Positions 32,991 through 45,262 of a stretch of 64,000 nt of DNA are shown in pieces. The stretch is from Xylographa opegraphella (lineage: Eukaryota), in NCBI GenBank assembly GCA_022813865.1, contig JALDZX010000062.1, forward strand, positions 1-64,000, written 5' to 3'. Numbering within the stretch: the first letter of the stretch is position 1; the number at the start of each line of letters is the position of its first letter. The notes below the pieces were generated by a model that worked only from the letters and a program-made list of their open reading frames with translations, ran no database searches and was not told where the DNA came from. A program made the translations under genes and the position numbers.

Positions 32991-35086
32991 TCAATTATTG
33001 CCCCCACATATTCCGGCGGGGAACGTCCCCGGCGGAAAGCAGCTCAAGTCGAAAGTGCTGTCGATATAATAACTACCCACCTTGGTATCCGCCGGATTCG
33101 TGTTGAAATTGAGCTGTAAGCCAGGGCTCACCACACTGTCGCCTCCGTTGTCGTAAGCAACCGACTGTGTATCTACAGATAGTGTAAGCCTTGTGTGAAT
33201 CGTAGCAAAATCAGAACTAACAATCATTAACATCCATTCCCTGGATTCCGATCGTCGCGGCACCTCCCCCGCCAGTAGGCGAGAAATAGTAGAAGTTGAT
33301 AAGCCCGGGCGTGCTCGCATTGTAGTTGATCAGGTATTGGTACACAACTGGTGGCGTACTGTCATCCTCCAGCAGCCATTCAACAGAGAGCGAATCGCCG
33401 TTGTCGATCTGATAGTAAATGCCTTGATTGTCTGTTCCCGAACATTGCATATACTGCCAGAATACATAAGCCGTGCCGGGAAACGCTGCCAGGATCGGGA
33501 AGGGCTGCGGACCGTACGCGTTGTCGAAGCTGCCTTCGGTTACGGAGGCATTACTCCCGATTGTGAGGAGCTATAGGCTTGTTACGAAAGAGATTATTCA
33601 GGAGTAGTTCTACAAACTTACACCGTTCGTGGTTACCGTTATCTCTGTGTCACTCTGCGTATATAATGACATTGTGAACGGAAGAGAAATGCCGAATTGG
33701 TCTTCATCGTCTGGTGTACTGATTAGAGCCGTGGGGCTAGAGAGCTCGAGCGCATAAGTAGTGGTAGAGCCGGAAGACGAGCTCGACGTTGCAACCGAGG
33801 CGCTTGACAATAAAGGCAGAGTGGCCGAGGATGGTGAGGTTGAGCTAGAAGAGATCGGGGAGATAGGAGATGAAGAGATAAATGATATAGTGGCTGTGGT
33901 TGAGGTAGTTGTGGTTGTCATGATTGTTAGAGGGATTGGTGGTATTATTGTACTGGATGAGACCTCAGAGTGGGCCGAGGTGCTACTGGAGATTATGGAG
34001 CTGGACGAGCTCGAAAGGGAGGGCGAGCTAGCGTCAATAGCAGAGCTTGAGAAAGCAGACGAGGTTAGGGAGGTTGACAAAGCCGTGGAGACCAACGAGG
34101 TCGTAGTGTTAGAGGGGGTCAACTGTATACTGGAAGATGATGAGGATAAAGTACCGATACTCGTTCCAATATAGCTTGATATATTAGTGACAGGCTTGGA
34201 TGTCGATGATTGAGGTAGTGTCGCGGCCGTCTTGCTGCTGCTTGACGCAGTGGTCGTAAGAGTAACAGAAACTATAGTACGCTGGGAGCTGGTTATGCTG
34301 CTCGTCGCCATTAGCGATATTGGGGTGGTTATTGTTGTACCATGGAGGACGCTACTCGAACTGAGTAGAGAGATGGCCGTAGATGAGACAATGACAGAAG
34401 TAATGCTAGTCGATGTGGTAATGATAGATTCGAGACTCGTAGACAATGAAGAGGACGCGCTTAATGATCGAGACGCCAACGAGGATGAGGACATGGAGTG
34501 TCCTGTTAAAGCGCTTGTGGGCCGGAATACCAAGAATGACGATGACGAGGGATCCAACAGCGATCCCGACGGAGATCCAGAAATACCGATATCAAGACCA
34601 GACGAAGCAGAAAACCCTGGATCAAAGTTGCTGGCGAGCGAATTACGAGTTTCTGACTCCCCAACATTTGGGGCTGCGCTACTCATCACTCTCAGCTGCT
34701 GTTGCAGTTGAGTATTGGGATGATTCTCAAAGGGTTACTTACATGCTTGCAACGGCTGGCATGGTGACTTGGGTCTGGACACTCGGGATACCAGTGCTGC
34801 CCAGCATCGTCCCCGTTTGAAGTGTGCCCAACGGGACTGTGCCACTCAAGGAATGATTGCAGTCAAGGCAGATGCGTGTCATAATTGATGATACCGTGAG
34901 CGATTTTGTTAATTGAGGGGAAGTACTCGATCCGATGACATCGGCAGCAGCACCGGAGGTGGTAGGTAGTGACCCGTTACTTGTTCCACAAGCTCCAATG
35001 GGCACTCGAACAGTGACGGTGGCCGTTTGAACCATGGCAACATATGCGAAGAGGTGCATCAATCTCCCGAAAGGAACTCGATGCAT
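32991..35086 (-). CDS. Secreted or surface Ser/Thr-rich (mucin-like) protein with a C-terminal globular beta-rich domain, about 4 exons
   Basis: Hydrophobic N-terminus, a Ser/Thr tract of about 350 aa, then DDEDQFGISLPFTMSLY..ITVTTNG, QGIYYQI, LSVEW and ATIGIQ (reminiscent of NIDO-like domains). Introns were inferred from GT/AG sites. Confidence 0.7.
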
Positions 35087-35663
35087 TGCTGCACGTCACA
35101 GGAAAGGAGTGAGAGAGTGCTTTAGTGATATAATGATTCGATAAATTACTTGCCATCGGACACCTTGAGAGCATGTCCAATGCGGTAGATCATGGCCCGT
35201 AAAATCTTGCAGACAGGAGAGCGTAAACATGATATGGTCGCAAGAGCCTTTCTGGTATGTGCTTGCGGGAGGGGAGAAGGAATGTGTAATTTCCACTGTG
35301 AGAATATAAGTATCTAATACCAGTCACCACGTCACAAGAACTGACCGAATATCAGGAGACCGTACTCGGAAGTAAGGAGGCATTGCTGCTGCGATGTGTC
35401 GTAAAACTCGGGTTTTGATCGCCGTTGCAGAGTCGGCATGAATTCATTTGCGCTAGCCCGATGCGAACTAGATAACTAGGGTTCAACCCCTTGCCTGCCC
35501 TGTCCTCTCGTGACACACTGGTAGAACTTTTCAAACTTGTCTATCAGCGAAAAAGCTGAGGGACAGCGCCACAACGCCATGCGGGAGGACAACTCGTACA
35601 GAAGCGAAAACACATTCTCCATCATCGCATCAAATAGAAATGGCATATCTATGTCCTCTATCC

Positions 35664-38600
35664 TCATTGTCCCCATCGGACCTTCTCTCTCTCCAACTCT
35701 CTTCTCAATTCCTCCGCCGCCGCCCTTTCCTCTTCCAGCCTCTTCCTTGCCCCACTCCTATCAAGTAAGCGTGCTTCCCTCTCCGCCTTCAGTCGCCGCT
35801 CGAGCTCTTTCAGCCGATGTATCCATCTTTGCTGACTCGGTTCGAGCGGTTGGCTGTAAGCCTGTGGCGTTTCCGGGCCTTCCCCGCTTCGTACCTCGAC
35901 CGCAGAGCTGGAGTGATGTCGGACCAAACCAGCAGGAAGAGGCCCTCGGGAGCCGGAGACGCCGCGTTCCGAGGAGGAGTTCTTCGAATCCGGTCGAGAT
36001 GCTCGTGAATGCATATCCTGCTTGTGGAAAACACCGAGTTCGGCTTTTAGCATGCGATTTTCGCCACGAAGCTTGGCAATCTCAGGAGCAGCACTTGCCG
36101 CTCCCGAGACACGGCTGATTTGGACTGCTGACTCAAGTCGATCGAGCCTCTTAATGCGCATATCTAGATTATGCTCGAGAGCTTGAAAGTCCTTCATTAG
36201 GTCGCGTTCGATTCCCCGTATGCGACTCCGAAACCCACTCATTAAGCCTTCGACCGTCTTCACTGCTGAAATGAGATTCTTGCTGAAGCCGGGAAGCATG
36301 CCGGAGACAACTTCAACGGTCGGTAGATGCCCGCTCACGAGACTATTTTGATGTTGCCAGTCCTTCCCACATATCGATGCTAGGCGATGCCAAACGGCGA
36401 GCAGCAAGTTATTTCGCTCGAGAAGCTGGTCCTTGTATTCTTGTTCCATTGCAGCAAGCTTTCTCCGATCAACTTGCCGTGCTGCTTCGAGTTCGGTGAT
36501 ACGTGTATCTTTCTGCGATACTGTTCTGCTTGTATGTTGATGGCTCTTCTGCCATTGCTCGTGCTGAACTTTATCCGCACGGCGGCCAGCGCGCTCCTTT
36601 TCTAGTAGCTCAGATAGCTTCTTGGACTCCAGACCATGACTTTCTAGCAGCGCATCTCTTCGATACAAAAGGCGCTCTTTCTCGGACAACGAGTGTCTAG
36701 CGCTGTCAAGGTCGCTAGACGTGCTTTCGAGGTCTTTTTGTAGTTGGGAAATCGCCTATGCAGGTTTAGTTTAAAATGGCACCACAAGAATTTGTTACCA
36801 TTTGAACTTACAGATAAAAATGTAGATTTAGATCCCGTTGCATCGCCAAGCAGTTCACGAAGGCTGCTTTCAATGTCCATGTATTTTCCTTTCCAGGCCG
36901 CAAGATCTACTTCACAGGACTCAAGAATTTTCTTGAGTTCTCGTATCTCATCCTTGGCACTTGACAGTTCTCGGTTTATATCATTCATCATTTTCTGCAC
37001 TTCCTGCTTTTCTTTGCTACCTATAACCTCTCGCTGGTGTCTCTCTTCCGCAAGTCTTATTTCAAGGTCGTTGTTGTGGTCTTTCTCGCTATTAAGATTG
37101 CTTTGAGTGGCCTTGATAGCGCTTTCGAGATCACCTATTTTTATCATGCAGCCATCTTGCTCTTCGCGGAGAAATGCACATTCGCCCTGTCGAGACTCAA
37201 GCTCCACGACAAGCTTTTCATTCTTGCCATTAACTTCCAGCAGCGATTTTTCAAGTGTTTCCAGCTCCCGATTGATGTCTTCATTTTCCAATTCAACCTC
37301 TTGTATCCTTCGGATCTTGGTCTGCACTTCAGCTTCAACCCGGTTCAGTCCCTCACTGAGCATTCGTACTTCGTTTCGCAAAGTATCAGACTCCTCATCT
37401 CTGCTCGCCAACTCACTTTCGAGCTTCTCCAGCAGCTCGTGCTTCTCGCCAATCTCGGCTCTCAGTGAACTAATGTGTTGTTGTGCTTCGTCCTCCAAGT
37501 CCTTGAAATTCGATTCTGCATCTTCATGTAATTCGAGTGCCTCATCCCGTTCCTTTTGCATCGTTAGTATGTCTTGTGTGGTCTGTTCCATCTGTTCTAA
37601 TAGTGCTTCGTGCATCTGCTCTAATTTTTGGAAGTCTTTTTTTGTGACATCAAATTCCGCAAGCTCGTCCAGAAGTCCCTCCATTTGAGCAACGAGATCC
37701 TGGTTGGAAAGTTTGAGTTCCGACATCTGATCACGAAGCTCGCCGTTCGTCGTCTCAAAAGCTTCGCGTTCAGCATCACTCATTTGTGTAATGCGGGTAG
37801 CTTCACTTGTCCGAGACGCGGATCGACGATGTGTCCTAGATGCTGAGCGCTCAAAGATGCTGTCACCTGTTACAGATCTGGAACCACCTCTACGGCGTTG
37901 CCCCATTTTCAGATCTTCTATCTCTTGATACAAGCGCTCCTTCTCTCGATTTCGTGAAGTCAGCATAGATGTTTGAGCTCCAACTTCACGTCTCAGTTCG
38001 TCATTTTCGTGTCTGAGCTGCTCTACAAGTGTGCTGCTAACTGCGCTCGTGACCCCATTGCGCTCAGCATCATGCGCGTAGCCATTTACTTGTGTAGTGC
38101 TCGAAGAGACGTGGTGCCTGCTCGCAGTATTGTAACCACTGCCTGGTTGATTGTAAGATATGGTTGACACCGCATCTGCTTTCATTCGCCAAAGCTCTTC
38201 GTGTAGCTGCTTGTTATCTTCGTCTGCTTGTTCTCGGCGTGCAGTCTCGGTCTCGAGAAGATCTTTCCACATATCCTATACCCACTGTCAGCAGATGTAC
38301 AGAAGTGAGAACCAAAATAGAAACACCCACAACTTCTTCACGTACACCGATATCGCTTTCTCCCGCTCTTCTCTCGCTCATACTTTTCACCAACTCAGCC
38401 AGGTGTCGTTTCTCGCCATCTTTAATGGCACCCTCTTGCCGTAGTTTTTCGATCTCAGTCTCATAAGTCTCACTTCGTTCACGCAGGAAGGTGACTTCAG
38501 TTTGTAATTCATGAGTCGTTGCACCGTCTTTTGGTTGCTCTGAGTCCATCACCTGATCTCTTGTTCGAGCTGCCTTGGATTCTTCCATTTCCCGCAGCTT

Positions 38601-40184
38601 AAACTCCAGTTCTCGCACTAATCGCTTCTGTTTCCGAATCTCCTGCGCAGCTTTATACTTATCTGTCCGAAGCTCTACGTTCTCCGACATGATGGAGTTC
38701 ACCCCCTCTTCAGAGCGCTGATTGATGAGATTACTCATAAATTGAATCTTCAATTTAAGGTCCCAGTTCTCTTTTTGGAGTTTATCGATAGTGCTACTCT
38801 GCTCCTTTAACGTAAGATTCTTACCGCGCCCTGTAGCGGGAGTGGGTATTGCGATTCGTCTCTCTGGAGATGACGCATTGCTCTTGTTCCAGTGGCCACG
38901 GGCTATGCTTTGCTTTTCGTTCGGCCTCAAGTGGTGCCCTTTTACTGTATTGCTAACGCTCTCTGAAAATGCGCTCGCAGTTCTAGGAGTGTGAGGCAGT
39001 GAAACTTCTTCTGATTGCAAGGCCTGGTTAGTCAAAAAAGATTGCTCTTCCTCTGGGAACGACCCAAGGCCGTCAAGAGCATTATTGGACGGCCTCCGTC
39101 TGTCCTCTCCGTCGCTTAGAGCCGATATTCCAGAAGCCACACTTCCAAGACTAATAGATCTTGAGAGCCCCGGTTGGATCCGGGAAGATGTCGAGCTGCC
39201 AAACGGTACAGCCCCACCAGTCTGCAATGCATATTCAGCCCCTAATGTTATATCGCTTGCAGCCTCGGTAGATGTTGTTATACGAGAGGTGTAGGAGGAA
39301 TACGACGACCTCTGGCTCCCATAACGACTAGTATTGTATTTTGGCCTTCTCTTGGGGTCTTGCAATGAGCCTGGTTCATCTTCATCGATGTCTCCATCGG
39401 CGGCCTCTTCAACATCTTCTGCACTCCTAAGCTTGGTCGGTGTGGGTGATCCAGCTCGCGACGAAGTTCGTGATGTTACTTGAGTATTCCTGGGAGTAGT
39501 ATCTTGGCAATCAGATTGCTTATTTTGCTCGCCGAAACTTTTGGATGGGCTCTCCTCCTCTGCTGTCTCATATCCGCCTATAGACGCAATTGAAATCACA
39601 CGAGAGACTGTGCGCGCAGCGGCTGCCGCTGTAGGTGAAGATGACATGGTCTCAAGCGAAGAAGTATTTGCATGATCGGCGCTTGTCTCAGGAGAGCTCT
39701 TGTATGAAGCCAGTTCCTCTCCCGCCGGGGCGGGGGTCTGATAGAACTCTGGCGGAGTGCTTGGCAGTTCGTGGTCATCCTCGGGGTCACTGATCGCAGG
39801 GGAGCCACCAGCTATAACCGAGCTTGAAATGGGTTCTGGCTTGCGTTTCTTGTCCATAGTACTGGTTGTACCTGATGAACCTATAGGAGATAGTTCCGGC
39901 ATGAAGCTAGACTCCACATCCATCAATTTCCTCGCCATCTCCTTCTCGTCCACTATGCTGTCGTTTCCCGGCATCAGCACTCCTCCATCCTCGTTCCAAA
40001 TATTGACCCTATTGTGGTTCTGATCGGCTTTGTCTGTGATAGTCGAATCTCTCTCGTGATTGGGTTCTAAATCAGCGTCGTCAAACTCTATCTTGATTGG
40101 AGATAGCTCATCATCGGTATCAAATCCGCCGGGGACTTTAGAGTGTTGCCTTGGCCGCTGTGGTCGTAATGGAGATGATGCCAT
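35664..40184 (-). CDS. apsB: Microtubule-organising centre coiled-coil protein ApsB/Mto1-like, 3 exons
   Basis: Centrosomin CM1 motif LTLKEQSSTIDKLQKENWDLKLKIQF, long coiled coils, and C-terminal WIHRLKELERRLKAEREARLLDRSGARKRL (Mto2-binding/MASC type). Confidence 0.85.
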
Positions 40185-43048
40185 TCTGAGTGCGCGTACG
40201 ACTCGATATCGGTGCGGTCAACGCGTACTTTTCCAATTAGAGATGGTGTACCTTACTTAAAAAATGAAACATAGAGAGTTTGCCGGTGAAGAAGTCCAAT
40301 GAACGCGTGGAATAGAAGAGTTCCACCGTCCTTCCAGTACAGACATATGTTGATGGCTACACCCAGACTTTCAAACACCATGGCATCTTGAGGCGAACCC
40401 AATTAACGGCACCGGTAAGTCGCACAACACTGAGAGGGAACGACCAATATATGGCTTGAAGCAGATGTAGGTAATAAAAGTTAGTCGTTCTCCCGTTTTC
40501 GATCTCGAGCTCAACTTCCTAGTTGTTCTATTATGGATTAGCGTCAAATGCCGCCATGTGGCTTTTGTGCGCGTAAACAGCTAAGGCGCGAGGGTACCTA
40601 AGGTACGGTACCGTAGGTAAGGTATTCTTCACTGCAGCCATGGGTCCGGTCCTTGCAATCTCGAGTTTTTGAAACTGTATACTCCATATCTTGATCTCTT
40701 TGTACGATCAATACATATGCCCCCGAAACATTAGGACTATCTACACTATCACGGGCTCTCCTAGAGACATAGCGCGCATCCATCAATAACTGGATGCAGG
40801 TCTCTGCACATCGGCAGAGCCATGCCTTCCTGTTAATTGTGTTCTCGAGAGAAAGTTGTAAATCCGAATTGTACTTTACTTAATGCTTGATAACATACGT
40901 TCTATGAATTTGACCACTATATACAAAGACCTCATGATGTATCTGAAGGGCCATATAAGTGCCTTTGAGCCTCCTTTAACGGTCTCTCGACCGGAGTCTT
41001 GATTTTTATTGCTCATGGTGCTATCAAATGATTTATGATATACAATTATATTAGAACACTCACGGTAGAGAACGAGACGCTGGGTCAATGGGAGATGCAC
41101 GGCATATTCTAGCAAATGCACAATACCGCAAATACACAATACCACAATGTCCTTACAACCAGGAGATCATGATCTCTTGGATACAGCATAAAATGCTGTT
41201 AGCAGATCCATCTATACACCTTGCTGTTGATGCTATACTTATTGAATTTCTTTGTATGAGAAACTATACAACCAGCTATGCGAACTCATAGAGCTGGGAT
41301 CGTACTGCTGAGCAACGTATAGCTAAAAGTCAGTTGCGGAGAAGTTTCACGTTGAGTAAAAATCCCAACGTCAAACGTGCTGTGGTGCTGGATCTGCCAA
41401 CGTAGGACGTCTGACTCCGTGCAGTGGCATGTTATGGATCGTAGCAGGTGATTTCCATTGTGTCTACATCAGGCGGCCCGAGCTCCTTTCCGGCGTTGTA
41501 GCCTGGAGAGACTAACATTAAAAGCTATCGCTCGACGTTGGACTTTGCAGTCATAACCTTGACTCTTAGCTCACTCCTCGATTTAACGTCGGCGGCTTTA
41601 TTTATATCGTTGTTACTACCTCTTCAAATGATCGTGCCTGTCCTTAGTATAAGTACCAAGTCCTGATCTTGCTTTCCTGCGGCACAAGCCCGTCAATCGG
41701 CTGTTTGGGGAATTCAATCACAGGAATTGTTGTTGGTAGGAAAGAAGTCTGATACTTATCCAATCACGAACCGGCATGGCCAGGGCGGTCTGCACTAATC
41801 TGTTCATGCCAAACACTTGTTGCAGGCTGCCCCATGCGTCGAGCTTACAAGAAGGGTCTCAAAGAAGACAGTGCCCTTGATGTTCGAAGAATAGGAAGCT
41901 TATGATGAATGACTGAGGCTTAGGAATGAGAATTTGAGGCAGGAGTATGGGACTTTGATGACGAGGGTGACAGCAGCACAAGTTAACAAGAAGTCTTAGT
42001 CCCATGATAGATGCTACTTCCAGTAAGGTACTTGGGCAGTGTCGATACTGTCACACTTTCCGATGGTTCGTAACATGCCGATTTTAACACATGGCATTTG
42101 AGCTGAAGCACCTACACCGCCCTCAACAACTACCTCGGAGGTCGCCAGGACGCTTCGTCTGTGGACAACAGCTCGAGTAGCCACTTGCAGCACCCTGTGT
42201 CTGCATTGTCATTCCACGTGTGTAAACACATCGTCACGACGCAAGCCATGCGCGACGGACTGGAAACGCCCTCGGAAGCAGCTAAGCCTATCAGAGCTAC
42301 AAAAGATGCATGCCGTTCGGTTGCGCCGAAAGCACGAGCCAGACTGGAGGAGCCAAACGGGCCCAGGCCTAGACAACGGGACGGGTCATGGGCGACAGGA
42401 GACCGTCTACGGCATGCCAGAGCACGTCAAGAATCTCTCTAGGACACAATCAATGCCTCTGGACTGGGAGGTGGGTGCACTGGAAGCCAATGAGAGCGAC
42501 CGGGCGCACGATGGCGAAACGGGGATGAACGAAAGTGGAACAAGCATTCGACGGCATCCCCAGACATGAAGCACTCAAGCTTCGCGCAATCAGAAGATCT
42601 CCCGCACTCATGTAATAATATTGAGCTCCTTCGGACTGAGCATCTATGACCCTGACTGCATGGGTGTGCTGCTTCTCAGCTAGGAGGCAGGGTGTAGCAT
42701 ACAGTGGTGACGGCTGCGGTCCATCGACAGGTTCATAAGTATCAGTGAAGACCGTCACGAAAATTTCGGCCCCTATTCTCTGAAATTGTGCCCATAAACT
42801 ACCTGTTGTACATAGCCGTCTTTCGCGTTCGAGTCGTCCGTACACGTTGTTGATACCCCTTGTGCTTTGTTCCGGTGCCTTTGTTTTTCTCTTCACTCCT
42901 TCAACCGCGCGGACCGACTGACCCCACATCCAAGCGCGGATCTTTCCTCGGACCTATTGAGCAAAAACCCCATTCCGACATCTTTTCACATCGATCAACC
43001 GCATCGACTTCCATTTTTGCCGCTCTTATTCTTGTTCTCCGACTCAGT

Positions 43049-44710
43049 ATGGCCTTCCCAGGTGCCGGAGCTTATGGGTCTCAGCAGCACCCGCACCAGA
43101 ACAACTATCCGCCCGGTCCACCAATGCCAATGTACGGCCAAGGCTTTCCACCCCCTCAACAACAACCATTTCCGTAAGTCTGCCTGTTTATGCTGCCTTG
43201 TATGTGCGTGCTTACTGACATAATGTAGCCCACAGGGATATGCTCCGTTCCCCAGTCAATCTCCTCAGTATCCACCACAATCTCCACCCCCTCCGCAAGG
43301 CTATGGTTACCAGTCACCTCCTCCTCCAATGTACAATAACGGATACCAGCAGGTTTGTCCTCTCACAGAACATAAACTGTGTGTCACCGCTCAATTTTCA
43401 TAGCCGCCGCCTCCAAACTATGGGTATAACCAACCGGGACCACAAGGAGGTCCTCCCCCTCCCCAGTATGGTGGGCGTCCTCGTAAGTCCCCTGAATGGT
43501 CTATGAGACAACCTCGTCTGAGGCTTTCTAGCTATGCCGAACGTCAATTCAAATTCCTATATTCACGGAAACCCTAATGCACCTCCACCACCACCACAGG
43601 CGATGCAAAGTTTCGGCAATGGAGCTCCCAATAATTATGCTTACCAATATTCCACTTGCACCGGAAGTCGGAAAGCTCTGCTTGTCGGCATCAACTATTT
43701 TGGGCAAAGAGGACAACTGAGAGGCTGCATCAATGATGTGAAGAATATGTCTACGTACCTCAACAATCACTTCAACTACAAAAGGGAAGACATGGTTATC
43801 TTGACTGATGATCAACAAAACCCTATGAGTCAGCCTACAAAACAGAACATTTTACGCGCGATGCATTGGTTAGTTAAAGACGCGAAACCGAACGATTCGC
43901 TCTTCTTTCACTATTCAGGTACGTCTTCCGGTCCGACGCCCTGCTGACGTGGCTAACCCGTTCAGGTCATGGGGGACAGACACCAGACCTGGATGGCGAC
44001 GAGGATGATGGTTATGACGAGGTCATTTACCCCGTAGATTTTCGAGTCAACGGGCATATCGTCGATGATGAAATGCATCTAATAATGGTGAAGTCGCTTC
44101 CGCCCGGTGTGCGCTTGACAGCCATTTTTGACTCATGTCATTCTGGTTCCGCCCTCGATCTTCCTTACATTTACTCCACACAGGGTGTCCTCAAGGAGCC
44201 CAACCTTGCCAAGGAAGCCGGGCAAGGTTTACTTGGCATTGTTTCTGCGTATGCACGCGGAGACATGGGCGGTATTGCTTCAACCGCTATGGGATTCTTC
44301 AAGAAAGCGACAACCGGGGATACAGCGTACGAGAAGGCCCTACAAACCAAGACCTCTCCCGCCGACGTGATTATGTGGTCGGGCAGTAAGGATGAGCAAA
44401 CCTCGTATGATTGTATACCATCATATCAACGACCTCATGTACTGATCAGATCCTAGACAAGACGCCCAGATTGGTGGCGAGGCTACTGGTGCTATGTCGT
44501 GGGCGTTCATCACTGCGCTGAAGAAGAACCCACAGCAAAGCTACGTACAACTGCTGAACAATATTCGCGACGAATTAGCCAGCAAATATACGCAGAAGCC
44601 GCAGTTAAGCTGCAGTCATCCTTTAGGTATGCTTCACTTTCTCCCACTGCTTCCTGTTCGCTATCAGCTGACGCATTCGTGTAGATACAAATCTACTATA
44701 TGTAATGTAA
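43049..44710 (+). CDS. MCA1: Type I metacaspase, multi-exon
   Basis: P/Q/Y-rich prodomain; [24 protein letters not shown]; catalytic HYSG|HG and FDSCHSG; ends [19 protein letters not shown]. Confidence 0.96.
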
Positions 44711-45262
44711 AGACGGGACTAGAGGGCTTGGTCATTCTGGGAAGGCAATGGTGGATGGGCTTAATTGAGCGGATATGGGCAAGCGTCTGGGATCAACTTA
44801 GGCGGGCGGCGTCTATGTAATGTTGCAAAAGCCTTCTAAAGAGCATGCATCTGTGTCAACTACGACATGTAATTACTTACAGTATTTTGAAACAAGCATT
44901 TCACCCGGTTGACGGTCTCAAAAGCCACTGTGTAAAATGATGGATGTGGTGCACTCTGTGCACCGAGTACCTCTCTATGCGTAATCTGCCCAATAAGTAG
45001 GACAATGGTGAACGAGTCCCTCTGGATCGCACATGGGAGTTAATGTCGATTACATCCTGCTGTTACATGCATGAAATGATAATTGGACCTTCCACTTCCG
45101 TAGAGGGAATAGAATGAGAGCAGGAATTCTATACCTGATGCTTGGTCGCTATTGGTTCGGAGTATCGGCAACCGGCACACTACCCTGGCTCATATTGTTA
45201 TCAAGGGTACAAAAAAACTGTGGAAACCGCAAGTCGAGGTATTCCATGTCCAACATCTTACA

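Noticed and set aside
40800..42900. Intergenic ORFs upstream of the metacaspase
   Set aside because: Short, with no domain signatures or consistent splice structure.
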